Part shown: positions 1 to 8,830 of the stretch, piece by piece | How positions within the stretch are numbered: the first letter of the stretch is position 1 | Layout of the letters: each line of letters begins with the position of its first letter | Assembly: GCA_016182385.1 (NCBI GenBank) | Contig: JACPGV010000011.1 | Location: 22,888 to 86,887 of the forward strand | Reading direction: 5' to 3' | Length of the DNA: 64,000 nucleotides | Source of the DNA: Candidatus Moraniibacteriota bacterium | GTDB lineage: Bacteria; Patescibacteriota; Minisyncoccia; Moranbacterales; UBA1568 | Position numbers and translations under genes: made by a program | The notes under the pieces: model-generated | Seen by the model: only the letters and a program-made list of their open reading frames with translations | What the model was told of the DNA's origin: nothing | Databases searched by the model: none

Positions 1-233
1 ACAAGTGAAAAGGATCCTGAACGATATTGCGCTTCCTCCAAGGCAAGCTTGATACCATTACTTATTCCCTGCCCCACTGTAATACCGCGCATGGGAAAAC
101 TCGTAACGATTTTTATTGTCTCGCCAGGTGCCACTCTCTTCTGTGAAAAATTTTCTTTGTTCATCCAAAAAATGGCCACAACAAAAAAAGTAACTACGGC
201 AAAACCGCCCAGTACCCATTTATGTGATTGCAT
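1..233 (-). CDS. Branched-chain amino acid ABC transporter substrate-binding protein (LivJ/K-like), 5' part only; runs off the window
   Basis: Manual translation from ATG at 233: MQSHKWVLGGFAVVTFFVVAIFW...TIKIVTSFPMRGITVGQGISNGIKLALEEAQ. It has an N-terminal TM/signal and the typical start of periplasmic binding protein type 1. GGGAGG SD upstream. Confidence 0.7.
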   Translation of the reverse strand, partial: MQSHKWVLGGFAVVTFFVVAIFWMNKENFSQKRVAPGETIKIVTSFPMRGITVGQGISNGIKLALEEAQYRSGSFSL

Positions 234-326
234 AAGTGTAATGCCCCCTCCCAAACATTAAAAAAGACCTTGTTTGTTTTTTTTAAAAATACAAACGTTA
301 TCTTGAATATAGCACATTTTTTGTTT

Positions 327-500
327 TTACAACCTCTCTCCATTTTTTTGAGAGTGTAGTTTCGACTTTTCTAAAGATTCTTTGGTTCTTTTGGCACCTA
401 ATTGGATAATTCGAAAAATCCCAAAAGCTCCCACGATGGACGCAAAGAGCGTTTCTTTATTCCAAAAAACTTCTTCTATGGTAATAATATATTCATTCAT
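327..500 (-). CDS. Small hypothetical protein (57 aa) with one hydrophobic segment
   Basis: Manual translation MNEYIITIEEVFWNKETLFASIVGAFGIFRIIQLGAKRTKESLEKSKLHSQKNGERL*; fills the intergenic gap co-directionally. Confidence 0.35.
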   Translation of the reverse strand: MNEYIITIEEVFWNKETLFASIVGAFGIFRIIQLGAKRTKESLEKSKLHSQKNGERL

Positions 501-556
501 ATGTTAACGACCCTTACAAATCCCTCAGGTATATTTTCAAGAGACCTGTTTTCTTG

Positions 557-1012
557 TTATAAGTGAAAAAGTTGATGGATGATAACTCCTTCTTTTTTGA
601 ATCGACCATTTTCTTGAAACGTATTGTAACACAATGGCCGTATCTTACGTAAGACATTTTTTTCGTCTATACTCTTTACTTGAATATCAAACATATCTTC
701 CGAAACAGTCCCTCTTTTTTTGAAAACGCTTCTGGCGGCCTCTCTATTCCCGTCAAACCAAACACAGGTAAAGCCGTTATCTTTCAAATAACGCGCTATT
801 TCCAAGGAAGATTCTTCTGGTGGAAATCCCCAAGTAATCACGATATTATTTGTATTTTTTACCAGTCGTTCAAAAAAAACAAGAGAGAGATTTTCAACTT
901 CACCAAAAAGCGGTCCCTCCAAATCAATATGAAGAAACCCATAATGTTTTTCTAGACTATTGCCGATGGTCGTTTTTCCGGTTCCCGGAATACCACAAAT
1001 GAATAATTTCAT
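557..1012 (-). CDS. P-loop nucleoside/nucleotide-kinase-like protein
   Basis: N-terminal Walker A GIPGTGKT followed by YGFLHID, typical of the adenylate/shikimate kinase-like fold. Confidence 0.7.
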   Translation of the reverse strand: MKLFICGIPGTGKTTIGNSLEKHYGFLHIDLEGPLFGEVENLSLVFFERLVKNTNNIVITWGFPPEESSLEIARYLKDNGFTCVWFDGNREAARSVFKKRGTVSEDMFDIQVKSIDEKNVLRKIRPLCYNTFQENGRFKKEGVIIHQLFHL

Positions 1013-1052
1013 ATTGAAACGTCATAACAAATCCTCGGATTTTTTACAAAAG

Positions 1053-1124
1053 CTGGGGAGGTAGGAATCGAACCTACGCATACCAGGGCCAGAACCTGGT
1101 GCCTTACCGCTTGGCTACTCCCCA
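1053..1124 (-). tRNA. tRNA-Gln (CTG), CCA not encoded
   Basis: TGGGGAGTAGCCAAGCGGTAAGGCA-CCAGG-TTCTGGC-CCTGG-TATGCGTAGGTTCGATTCCTACCTCCCCAG; cloverleaf with TTCGA T-loop and CTG anticodon. Confidence 0.95.
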
Positions 1125-1206
1125 ATATCTCAAAATTTTACTTCGTTATCGTAGCAGAAAGTTACTCTTGAATCAAGAAAAAACGCCGCGGCGGAAATAT
1201 ACTCCG

Positions 1207-1857
1207 TTACGGCGTCAGCATGAGGTACAAGCGCTCATCCGTCTCGAGCGTGCTTTGCCTGAGCTCTTCAAACAAAAAATCATGATGCTCGCTGAGCGGC
1301 AGAACATATTTTTTCGTTTCTTCATTTTTTCGTTGTTGTTGTTCTTTATCGCAGAAGCTAAGTGTCAATTGATTATGAAGACGATCGGCAATTTTAACTG
1401 CCGCAAAATCAAATTGATCTTTAATGCCACGAAAATAAAACTCTTTTCGTTCCGCTTCATAATCGTAGTAATACAAATTACGATCAACAGTGCACGCAGC
1501 GACGATATCGGCTGTTCGTACACTGCTCAAACGACAAACGCGTTCCCTATCCCATTTTTGAGGGAATTCCTCCATAATATCATGTAACAAGGTTGCCGCA
1601 AGTAATTCAGCATCCTCAACCATGTCACAATACACCACAAGAATTGCCATCGTAGCGTATAAGTGTGACACATACGGATCGCCGCTATATCTTTTAATTT
1701 TGACAAACTCTTTTCGTACAATGGCGTCGACGGATCGCAAAAAATTGATGTCTTTTTGACTCAATATTTTTTTATTCTCGATATACTGAAATAACAACTG
1801 ATTCCCGAAACAGCGGATAACTCGGCGCAGAAGCGCCAAACGCGGGTAGTGTCCCAT
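1207..1857 (-). CDS. Stand-alone HD-domain protein of the RelA/SpoT hydrolase type (small alarmone hydrolase/MESH1-like)
   Basis: Motifs KRYSGDPYVSH, AATLLHDIMEE and VKIADRLHNQLTL; no synthetase domain. Confidence 0.8.
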   Translation of the reverse strand: MGHYPRLALLRRVIRCFGNQLLFQYIENKKILSQKDINFLRSVDAIVRKEFVKIKRYSGDPYVSHLYATMAILVVYCDMVEDAELLAATLLHDIMEEFPQKWDRERVCRLSSVRTADIVAACTVDRNLYYYDYEAERKEFYFRGIKDQFDFAAVKIADRLHNQLTLSFCDKEQQQRKNEETKKYVLPLSEHHDFLFEELRQSTLETDERLYLMLTP

Positions 1858-1897
1858 GGCGCATTCCTTTCAAGATTGGTAAGTAACCGGAAAGTGA

Positions 1898-1926
1898 ATG
1901 TTATCAAGGAAAAAAGCTCCTGTCAA
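1898..1926 (-). promoter_or_regulatory. Sigma70-type promoter for the HD gene
   Basis: TTGACA(1926-1921)-17 nt-TAACAT(1903-1898). Confidence 0.55.
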
Positions 1927-1935
1927 AGAAATGTT

Positions 1936-2850
1936 TTATATCTTGAGATAACGACGGATGGCAATCGCGCTCGAGAGAACGCCCAAAGAAATACCCAATA
2001 AAACAAGTCCGCCAAAAAGAACCCAGAAATAATCATAATACAAATGTAAGAAATTCCCCTGCGCTATTGCTCCTTCGGTAAGAGGAGCGATAAAACGAGC
2101 GGCAATAAAGAGGAAAAGCATCGTAACCACCGAAGCAACCAACCCATACAACGCGCCTTCAAAAACAAATGGCATACGCACATAGATATTGGAAGCACCG
2201 ACAAGACGCATAATTTCAAATTCTTGACGATGAGAGTAGATAGTAATGCGAATAGTATTAAACGTAATAAGAATAGCGATAAACACAAACAATGATCCGA
2301 GGAGTATTCCGGCCTTTCGAGTTGCCTGATTGATTCTATCCAATCGATCAAAAATCTTTTTATTCTTGGCATAATTGATGCGACTCACATCATTCTGAAA
2401 TGTCGATCCCTCAATTTGTTGCACGATAAGTGGATAGTCTTCCGGTCGCACTGCTTTGATGACGAGCGAAGCGAGAAGCGGATTCTCCCCAATTTCCTCG
2501 ATGGCTTGCGCAATGACGGGATCATTATTACTTTCAGCAAGAAATTGTTCAAGAGCCTGCTCACGTGATATATATTCCACAGAAACAATCTCTTTCTTAT
2601 AACGACTCAGCTCATTGCGTACCTCCAAAATTTTCTCTTCACTGACATCAGGATTGAAAGAGACGCTGATATTTACTTTTTCTCTCATGTTTTGTAGCAC
2701 CAACTTGGTGGTAACGCCAAGTAAGAAAGAAAGACTGACAATAAATAACGACAAGGTCAAAATACTGATAGTAGCAAACGTCAGCCAACCGTTACGACGG
2801 AAATTTTCCCTCCCCTCTTTAAAAGTGCGCCAAAGCTTGAGTGTTTTCAT
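1936..2850 (-). CDS. ftsX: Cell division ABC permease FtsX
   Basis: RNGWLTFAT start, NTIRITIYSHRQEFEIMRLVGAS motif, 4 TM; directly downstream of ftsE. Confidence 0.93.
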   Translation of the reverse strand: MKTLKLWRTFKEGRENFRRNGWLTFATISILTLSLFIVSLSFLLGVTTKLVLQNMREKVNISVSFNPDVSEEKILEVRNELSRYKKEIVSVEYISREQALEQFLAESNNDPVIAQAIEEIGENPLLASLVIKAVRPEDYPLIVQQIEGSTFQNDVSRINYAKNKKIFDRLDRINQATRKAGILLGSLFVFIAILITFNTIRITIYSHRQEFEIMRLVGASNIYVRMPFVFEGALYGLVASVVTMLFLFIAARFIAPLTEGAIAQGNFLHLYYDYFWVLFGGLVLLGISLGVLSSAIAIRRYLKI

Positions 2851-2863
2851 AAATAAAAAATAT

Positions 2864-3562
2864 CTAATTTAAAGCGTATTTTCCTTTCGTTTGATCGTGA
2901 ACAATTTTTTGATCATTTATAACGATGACGCGCTTGCCAATTTTATCGACGATTCCTTTATTATGAGTAGCCAAAAGCACCGTTGTGCCAAAAGAATTTA
3001 TTTCCAAAAGAAGCTGAATGATTTCATTGGCTGAGACAGGGTCGAGGTTGCCGGTCGGCTCATCGGCAATGATAACTTTTGGACGATGAATGAGCGCGCG
3101 AGCCAGCGAAACACGCTGTTGTTCTCCTCCGGAAAGTTGCCTGGGAAATTTATGCATCTTGTCACCCAGACCGACGATCTCAAGAATTTCCGGTACTTCT
3201 TGGTTGATTTCTTCCGTGCTTTTACCATCCACCTCCAGGGCGTACGCTACATTTTCAAATGCTGTTCGTTGTGGTAATAATTTGAAATCTTGAAAAACCG
3301 TGCCGATATTGCGTCGAAAAAAAGGAAGGTGCTTACGATTGATTTGTCCTATGGAGCGACCATTGAAATATACCTCTCCTGTTGTCGGAATTTCTTCGGC
3401 ATAAATGAGTTTGAGAAGTGTCGACTTGCCGGCGCCGCTTGGTCCGACGATACAAACAAACTCTCCCGGCATGATAGAAAGCGTCACATTTTCCAATACG
3501 GAAATATCCACTGGAAAAATTTTTGTTACGGCATCAAAATGAATAATGGGTGTCGCTGGCAT
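2864..3562 (-). CDS. ftsE: Cell division ATP-binding protein FtsE
   Basis: GPSGAGKST, VFQDFKLL, LSGGEQQRV, ADEPTGNLDP. Confidence 0.93.
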   Translation of the reverse strand: MPATPIIHFDAVTKIFPVDISVLENVTLSIMPGEFVCIVGPSGAGKSTLLKLIYAEEIPTTGEVYFNGRSIGQINRKHLPFFRRNIGTVFQDFKLLPQRTAFENVAYALEVDGKSTEEINQEVPEILEIVGLGDKMHKFPRQLSGGEQQRVSLARALIHRPKVIIADEPTGNLDPVSANEIIQLLLEINSFGTTVLLATHNKGIVDKIGKRVIVINDQKIVHDQTKGKYALN

Positions 3563-3568
3563 AGTATT

Positions 3569-4661
3569 TTATTTTTTTTGCAAATATTTTAACGCGCTTT
3601 CTATAAATTCATCAAGTTGACCATCAAGAACTTTGGCCGTGTTGCTTGTTTCTGTTTCTGTCCGATGATCTTTTACAAGGGTATACGGGTGAAGAACATA
3701 CGAACGAATCTGATTTCCCCATTCCGCGCTCTTTTGCTCTCCGCGCAAAATTCGTTTTGCTTCCTCTTGTTCCTCCAATTGTTTCTTTATCAATTTTGAA
3801 CGGAGTATTTTCATGGCCTCTTCACGATTTTGCAACTGCGAACGCTCATTTTGCGAGGAGACAATAATTCCGGTCGGAAGATGCGTAATGCGAACAGCGC
3901 TTTCGGTTTTATTGACGTGTTGACCGCCAGCGCCCGATGCTCGATAGGTATCAATCCGCAAATTCTCAGGCTTTATTTCTATTGCCTTGACATCATCGAC
4001 AACCGGAAGCACTTCAACAGAAGCAAACGAGGTTTGCCGCAAGCTATTGGCATTAAACGGTGAGAGACGTACCAAACGATGAATACCGGCCTCGCTTCGC
4101 AAATAACCATAAGCGTACGCACCGGAAATTTCTATCGTGGCACTCTTGATGCCTGCTTCATTCCCTCGAGACTCTTCTATGCACCGCGCTTGCCAATCAT
4201 GTTGTTCAGCATAACGGAGATACATCCGAAGAAGCATTTCCGCCCAATCCTGAGCATCCACACCACCGGCACCACTCCGTATCGTCACAAGAGCATCACG
4301 CATATCATATTCTCCCCCGAGAAGCGTGCGAAATTCCCATTCATCAATGGTGTGTTTGGCTTTTTTGTACTCATGTTCAAGTTCTGCTACATCAGCCGCG
4401 TCAAGATTGGAAAATTCGGCAAGTGTCTCGAGATCGGAAAGCGTTTTTTCAAGTTTTTCAAAAGAATTTTTTTCACTTTGAAGCACCTCAAGCTCTCGCA
4501 TTATCCTCCCGGCCACCTGCGCATCATTCCAAAAATCAGGACGCGCGCTCATGTCACGCAACTCCTTCACCCGAGTCTCTTTCGTGGAGAAGTCAAAGAT
4601 AGTCCTGCAATTGCAGGAGTTTTTGTCGAAGAACAACGATATTTTCCTGTATCGTACTCAT
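3569..4661 (-). CDS. prfB: Peptide chain release factor 2, expressed through a programmed +1 frameshift (join 4661..4596 and 4594..3569)
   Basis: SPF and GGQ motifs. The upstream ORF from ATG 4661 (MSTIQENIVVLRQKLLQLQDYL) ends in CTT TGA C at 4598-4592; the +1 frame continues DFSTKE. Confidence 0.95.
4592..4607 (-). promoter_or_regulatory. RF2 +1 frameshift site (internal SD-like AGGA, then TAT CTT TGA C)
   Basis: mRNA reads CAGGAC TAT CTT TGA C, matching the established prfB autoregulatory frameshift cassette. Confidence 0.92.
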
Positions 4662-4759
4662 ACGTTTGTCAGTATAACATATATTTTTAACAGAAAAAAG
4701 CCTCCTTGAAAAAAAACTTCTTCTCCTTTACAATGGGTGGAGTCAAAGAATGCCCCCGT

Positions 4760-4835
4760 GCCGATGTAGCTCAGTTGGTAGAGCGACGCACTCGTAACGC
4801 GTAGGTCACCAGTTCAATCCTGGTCATCGGCTCCA
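4760..4835 (+). tRNA. tRNA-Thr (CGT) with encoded CCA
   Basis: GCCGATGTAGCTCAGTTGGTAGAGCG-ACGCA-CTCGTAA-CGCGT-AGGTCACCAGTTCAATCCTGGTCATCGGCTCCA. Confidence 0.95.
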
Positions 4836-4838
4836 AAG

Positions 4839-4869
4839 AAAAACAGCCTTTTCCAAGGCTGTTTTTTTT
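4839..4869. terminator. Intrinsic terminator, probably bidirectional, between tRNA-Thr and the DsbA-like gene
   Basis: AAAAACAGCCTT-ttcc-AAGGCTGTTTTTTT. Confidence 0.8.
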
Positions 4870-4890
4870 ATTATTTTCCTTTTTTTGAGG

Positions 4891-5937
4891 TTATTTCGCC
4901 AGTTCATCCTCAACAGCTTTTTTCAGAGTTTCAAAACCTACCGCACCTGAAAGAAACGTGCCGTTAACAAAGGTTCCCGGTGTGCCACCAATGGAAAACT
5001 GCGCGGCCTCCAATTGATCGGCATTGACCTTATCAAGATATTTTTTTGTATCAAGACAAGTTGCAAATTGATTATTCTGCAAACCAAGACGCCAAGCATA
5101 ATTTTTAAATGCCTGCACCCCACTTGTTTTTGACCATTCTTCTTGTTTCGCAAAAAGCAAAGCGGCATATTGGCGAAACTTTCCTTGATCATGAGCGCAA
5201 AAGGCGGCGAGCGCGGCATTTTCGGCCTGATTATGGAAAGAAAGCGGGAGATGTTTGTAGACAAACGTTACCTTGCCTTCATATTCTTTCAACAATCGTT
5301 CGATATCAAGATGAAAAGCGCGACAGTAGGGACATTGAAAATCCGCGAATTCTACAATTTTTACGGGAGCATCTTTAACACCAAGGATTATGTCGGTATC
5401 ATCAATACGGGGTAATTGTAAATACTTGCCTACCGGCAAACCGATTTTCCCCATATCGAAAAAATATCGCTCATCTTGTTTTTCGAACAAACTGGATGCC
5501 TGAGCGAAAAAATCAGTTTCCTCAATATTTTCAGAAAAAATAAATGCCGGTAATGACTTTATCTGAAATCGCGCAACGAGCAATCTTCCTAATTCAGAAT
5601 CGCCATCTACTGGTGAAGCCTCAAGCGTAGGTATAACACGACGAAGCCACAAAAGCGCCTCGCTCGGATCACACGCGATACAATTTTCATCAGTAATCAC
5701 CTGCACTTCTACCTTTGGTTCATCATAAGACACCCATACCTTACCGGCGGTCTCCACGATAGCGTGGTCACGTAAAGCTCCACCGGAAAAACCTTGTCCG
5801 GTGAGCAATTGACCAAAATCAACAAATAAGCCTCCTACAAACAAACCGGCAAGTAAAACCGCCAAGGCAGCCAAGTTTCTTGCCTTTTGGCGATCGGTTT
5901 CCACGGCTTCAGTTTTTTCAGAAAAAAGTGTTTCCAT
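4891..5937 (-). CDS. Membrane-anchored DsbA-family thiol-disulfide oxidoreductase with two thioredoxin-like domains
   Basis: N-terminal TM; CIAC and EFADFQCPYC motifs; GTPGTFVNG cis-Pro loop. Likely ATG is 5937. Confidence 0.85.
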   Translation of the reverse strand: METLFSEKTEAVETDRQKARNLAALAVLLAGLFVGGLFVDFGQLLTGQGFSGGALRDHAIVETAGKVWVSYDEPKVEVQVITDENCIACDPSEALLWLRRVIPTLEASPVDGDSELGRLLVARFQIKSLPAFIFSENIEETDFFAQASSLFEKQDERYFFDMGKIGLPVGKYLQLPRIDDTDIILGVKDAPVKIVEFADFQCPYCRAFHLDIERLLKEYEGKVTFVYKHLPLSFHNQAENAALAAFCAHDQGKFRQYAALLFAKQEEWSKTSGVQAFKNYAWRLGLQNNQFATCLDTKKYLDKVNADQLEAAQFSIGGTPGTFVNGTFLSGAVGFETLKKAVEDELAK

Positions 5938-5956
5938 AAAAAATATCTCTAAAAAA

Positions 5957-6415
5957 TTATTGGGAACAGGCTCCGCCAACCTCTTGTCTCGACGAAACAG
6001 AGGAGCCGCCAGAACGTATCAGAAAGTCTTCTAGCGCATCCAAATCATAAGTCTTTTCATTGGACGAAAGGAGATAATCATCAAAACCGATTGTCAAATA
6101 ATTTTCCGCTGACGTTTTGAAAAACGCACCCAAAAAAAGAGCCACGATAAAAATTACCAAAAGCCCTCGCAAGGAGTAATTCAAAGAAAAAAAACTACTA
6201 AAAATATCTTGTGATTTTTGAAGAGAAAAAGCCGTACTTTTTCTGACGGATTGGTATTTTTCACCAATATTTTTCATAAAATTCGAAACAGCTGACCGTT
6301 GGAACGTCTTTGCTTTCTCAAAAATTGTTTCGATTTTCTCCTGCCACTCTTGAAAACGCGCATTATCAAACATAGCGTTTTCCTCCCCCTCCGGAAGGCT
6401 ATTAGTAATTGACAT
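5957..6415 (-). CDS. Hypothetical single-pass membrane protein
   Basis: 152-aa ORF with one TM (LLVIFIVALFLGAFF), in operon context. Confidence 0.7.
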   Translation of the reverse strand: MSITNSLPEGEENAMFDNARFQEWQEKIETIFEKAKTFQRSAVSNFMKNIGEKYQSVRKSTAFSLQKSQDIFSSFFSLNYSLRGLLVIFIVALFLGAFFKTSAENYLTIGFDDYLLSSNEKTYDLDALEDFLIRSGGSSVSSRQEVGGACSQ

Positions 6416-6456
6416 ACCAATCTATCACAACCAAGACGGCCTTGTCAAAACAAGTT

Positions 6457-6795
6457 CTACAACTTGTCAATGGTATCGAGCATATCATCCAATTCATCTA
6501 TACTTTTTACGCCGAGACCGTCCGCTTTACATGATGGATCAGCCAACTCCTTGCGCACCTGTTCGACGGCAAGGAACGGCTTGACTCCTTTCACGATATT
6601 GTCATTAATAACGATGATTGGACCTTCGGCACAATAACCAAGACATCCGTTTATTGGTAAAACAATCGCCTCGTCTTTCTCCAATCCCTCTTTCAAATTG
6701 GTATATATTTTTTCTGCTTCTTTCAAACGACACTTTCCCCCAAGGCATACTTTAATCGTCGCGCGAACATCCTTTTTTTTGTCCAATATCTCCAT
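6457..6795 (-). CDS. Thioredoxin-like [2Fe-2S] ferredoxin (NuoE-like family)
   Basis: VCLGGKC...GCLGYCAEGPIIVIND Cys pattern. Confidence 0.85.
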   Translation of the reverse strand: MEILDKKKDVRATIKVCLGGKCRLKEAEKIYTNLKEGLEKDEAIVLPINGCLGYCAEGPIIVINDNIVKGVKPFLAVEQVRKELADPSCKADGLGVKSIDELDDMLDTIDKL

Positions 6796-6818
6796 AGAAT
6801 CTCAAACGAAAACATTTT

Positions 6819-7394
6819 TTAATATTCTGGCCACAACGTATCCAAAAGATCGTTCCGTCCATCACCGGTTTTGGCGGAATAACGAATGACCGGGGCACCC
6901 GGAAACTCACTCTTGAACGCATAGATGTTCTTTGTCACATCATTTCGCTTGCCTTTATCAGATTTGTTGGCAAGAATAAGAACCTTGCGACCGTATTCTT
7001 TAAGAAGAGCAAATGTTTCTCTGTCGGAATTTTTGGCGCCTACCTCAGCATCAACGACAAGAACTGCCCACGTAAGATTTATCCGCATATCAGCGGCATA
7101 CCATGAAAGATATTTGCCAAGTTTGATGCGTAAGGTTTCCGGTAGTTTTGCATAACCGTACCCCGGTAAATCAGCTATATACCAGCTATCATTAACAAGA
7201 AAATAATTTATTTCTGTTGTTCGACCGGCACGGGAGTTGGAGTGCGCCAAATCTTTCCGTTGGACGATCGAATTAATAACGCTTGATTTTCCCACATTGG
7301 AACGCCCAAAAAAAGCCACTGTTGGACGAGATGGTTCCGGCAAGCCCTCAGATCCTATTACCCCTTTTATGAATTTGGCAGAATGTATCTTCAT
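6819..7394 (-). CDS. engB: Ribosome biogenesis GTPase EngB/YsxC/YihA
   Basis: GRSNVGKSS, DLPGYGYAK, NKSDK; start MKIHSAKF at 7394. Confidence 0.93.
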   Translation of the reverse strand: MKIHSAKFIKGVIGSEGLPEPSRPTVAFFGRSNVGKSSVINSIVQRKDLAHSNSRAGRTTEINYFLVNDSWYIADLPGYGYAKLPETLRIKLGKYLSWYAADMRINLTWAVLVVDAEVGAKNSDRETFALLKEYGRKVLILANKSDKGKRNDVTKNIYAFKSEFPGAPVIRYSAKTGDGRNDLLDTLWPEY

Positions 7395-7463
7395 AGAAAA
7401 TAATTCTACCACATATAAAAGAAAAAGTCCATTGAAAACTTTTCTCACGCCACGGGCCTTTTT

Positions 7464-7955
7464 TTATCTTGTAAGTGAGAGATCGGCGGAATTGAAAAGA
7501 ACGGCAAAATCCTCGCACCACGTCAGCGCGTAGCGATATTTGGAGATATCAACGCCTTGTGGCACGGAATAATTGATATTCCCCTCCGTTCCCTTGATCG
7601 GTCCGAGATCGACGAAATCGCTCGCTTTGAGGTCATTGGCGAGATAGACGCGCACATCGGGACCATTGATCGTCTTGTATTCCTCGTAACGGACGATCGT
7701 CTCGTCGCCATTTTGTACGAGGCGTACGAATCCGCTCGCCGGATGGGTCGGCGTATCCACTACCGGCGCTCGTCTGACTTCTTGCGCTTCTTCTTCGAGC
7801 GGGACTACTGATTCGTCGCTCTTTGTCTTTTGATCAACCACAGTATTTTCCGGCAGAGCATCGTTCACCGTCTTGTTTTTCAAAAGCGGCGACAGACCGT
7901 ACCACGCTATTCCGACGACCACAATGCCGATAATGATAAAAATCGCCTTTTTCAT
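7464..7955 (-). CDS. DM13-domain membrane-anchored protein
   Basis: N-terminal TM; NGPDVRVYL, DLGPIKGTEGNINY, WCEDFAVLFNSA motifs. Confidence 0.85.
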   Translation of the reverse strand: MKKAIFIIIGIVVVGIAWYGLSPLLKNKTVNDALPENTVVDQKTKSDESVVPLEEEAQEVRRAPVVDTPTHPASGFVRLVQNGDETIVRYEEYKTINGPDVRVYLANDLKASDFVDLGPIKGTEGNINYSVPQGVDISKYRYALTWCEDFAVLFNSADLSLTR

Positions 7956-7965
7956 ACTCTGAGTT

Positions 7966-8133
7966 TTAATTTCCGGCGATGACACTCACATATTGGCCGA
8001 TGTAGTACGGCCACAGAACGATCGCGAGAACGCCCTTCCAAAACGACAGTTTGAGGAAGCCGATCGTAAAAAGCCACCCCGTGCACCACGAGAACCCCGT
8101 AAAACTATGATTTTCGATTTTCACCTTGTCCAT
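7966..8133 (-). CDS. Small 55-aa membrane protein, below the ORF-track cutoff
   Basis: MDKVKIENHSFTGFSWCTGWLFTIGFLKLSFWKGVLAIVLWPYYIGQYVSVIAGN*; two hydrophobic segments; ends 10 nt before the DM13 start. Confidence 0.7.
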   Translation of the reverse strand: MDKVKIENHSFTGFSWCTGWLFTIGFLKLSFWKGVLAIVLWPYYIGQYVSVIAGN

Positions 8134-8222
8134 AAAACGTTTCTTAAATAATTAATTATAAAAAATTATGTGGCGATCAAGCCGAGAATATTCTTGTGCT
8201 GATATGATACATACTTTGTTGA

Positions 8223-8675
8223 TTATCGTTTCAGAATGAGGCCCTCGAGCACATCCGAGGCGGTGGCGATGAGAGCGGAAACAAAGATGAGAAAAAGGCC
8301 GATAACAACACCACCCGCGATATCCTCCCTTGCTTCACGTTGAATTGTGAAAAAATAAACTTCCGCTCCTAGAATAAAAGCGACGAGTATCATCGCAGAG
8401 TATTTTATTGTCCGCACGGCTTTCGCCGACGCTTCTGAAAACGCTTCATCGTGTCGTATATATCCCAACAATTTGAATGCCTGATAGAGTGCTACGAAGA
8501 ACGCGACGGAAGCGGTATACACGTACCAAAGAAACGGATCGTGGAAATAAATCTGATAAAGCGTGGCGCCAACATTCCTCCCCTCAAGATGGGGCTCCCA
8601 CAATACGAAGACAAGTGTCCCGATACCGAGGGCCACAACGACCGCTTGAAGAAATATCGTCGAGCATCGTTTCAT
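8223..8675 (-). CDS. DUF2975-family membrane protein
   Basis: WEPHLEGRN, ALYQAFKLLGYI...FSEASAKAVRTIKY; 4 TM; ATG at 8675. Confidence 0.8.
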   Translation of the reverse strand: MKRCSTIFLQAVVVALGIGTLVFVLWEPHLEGRNVGATLYQIYFHDPFLWYVYTASVAFFVALYQAFKLLGYIRHDEAFSEASAKAVRTIKYSAMILVAFILGAEVYFFTIQREAREDIAGGVVIGLFLIFVSALIATASDVLEGLILKR

Positions 8676-8741
8676 ACCGCCAGTATAGCAGGTTTTCGGA
8701 AAAATACTGCAATAATAAGCCAAGAAACTAAGGCGGACGTA

Positions 8742-8769
8742 TTGACATCAACCGTAGATCTGCTATAAT
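8742..8769 (+). promoter_or_regulatory. Consensus sigma70 promoter with extended -10, pointing toward the 3' end of the NYN gene
   Basis: TTGACA(8742-8747)-16 nt ending in TGC-TATAAT(8764-8769); no plus-strand gene follows. Confidence 0.75.
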
Positions 8770-8775
8770 AGAAAC

Positions 8776-8830
8776 ATTCAGACGAAAAGGGATCCGAACG
8801 GCTAATTACCTAAGGAGCCCTTTTTATTTT
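8776..8830 (+). ncRNA. Candidate ~55-nt hairpin small RNA convergent with the NYN gene
   Basis: Downstream of the consensus promoter; stem AAAAGGG-A-TCC(8785-8795)/GGA-G-CCCTTTT(8814-8824) followed by a T-tract; overlaps the NYN stop codon. Confidence 0.45.

Noticed and set aside
1099-1587. 162-aa plus-strand ORF overlapping tRNA-Gln and the HD gene
   Set aside because: Antisense to two well-supported features.
3569-4636. ORF-track start for prfB (MFFDKNSCNC...) or a prfB pseudogene call
   Set aside because: The true start is ATG 4661 with the canonical CTT-TGA-C programmed frameshift.
4786-4802. A-C mismatch at the base of the tRNA-Thr anticodon stem as a sign of pseudogenisation or editing
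   Set aside because: A single mismatch in an otherwise canonical tRNA with CCA and terminator is insufficient evidence.
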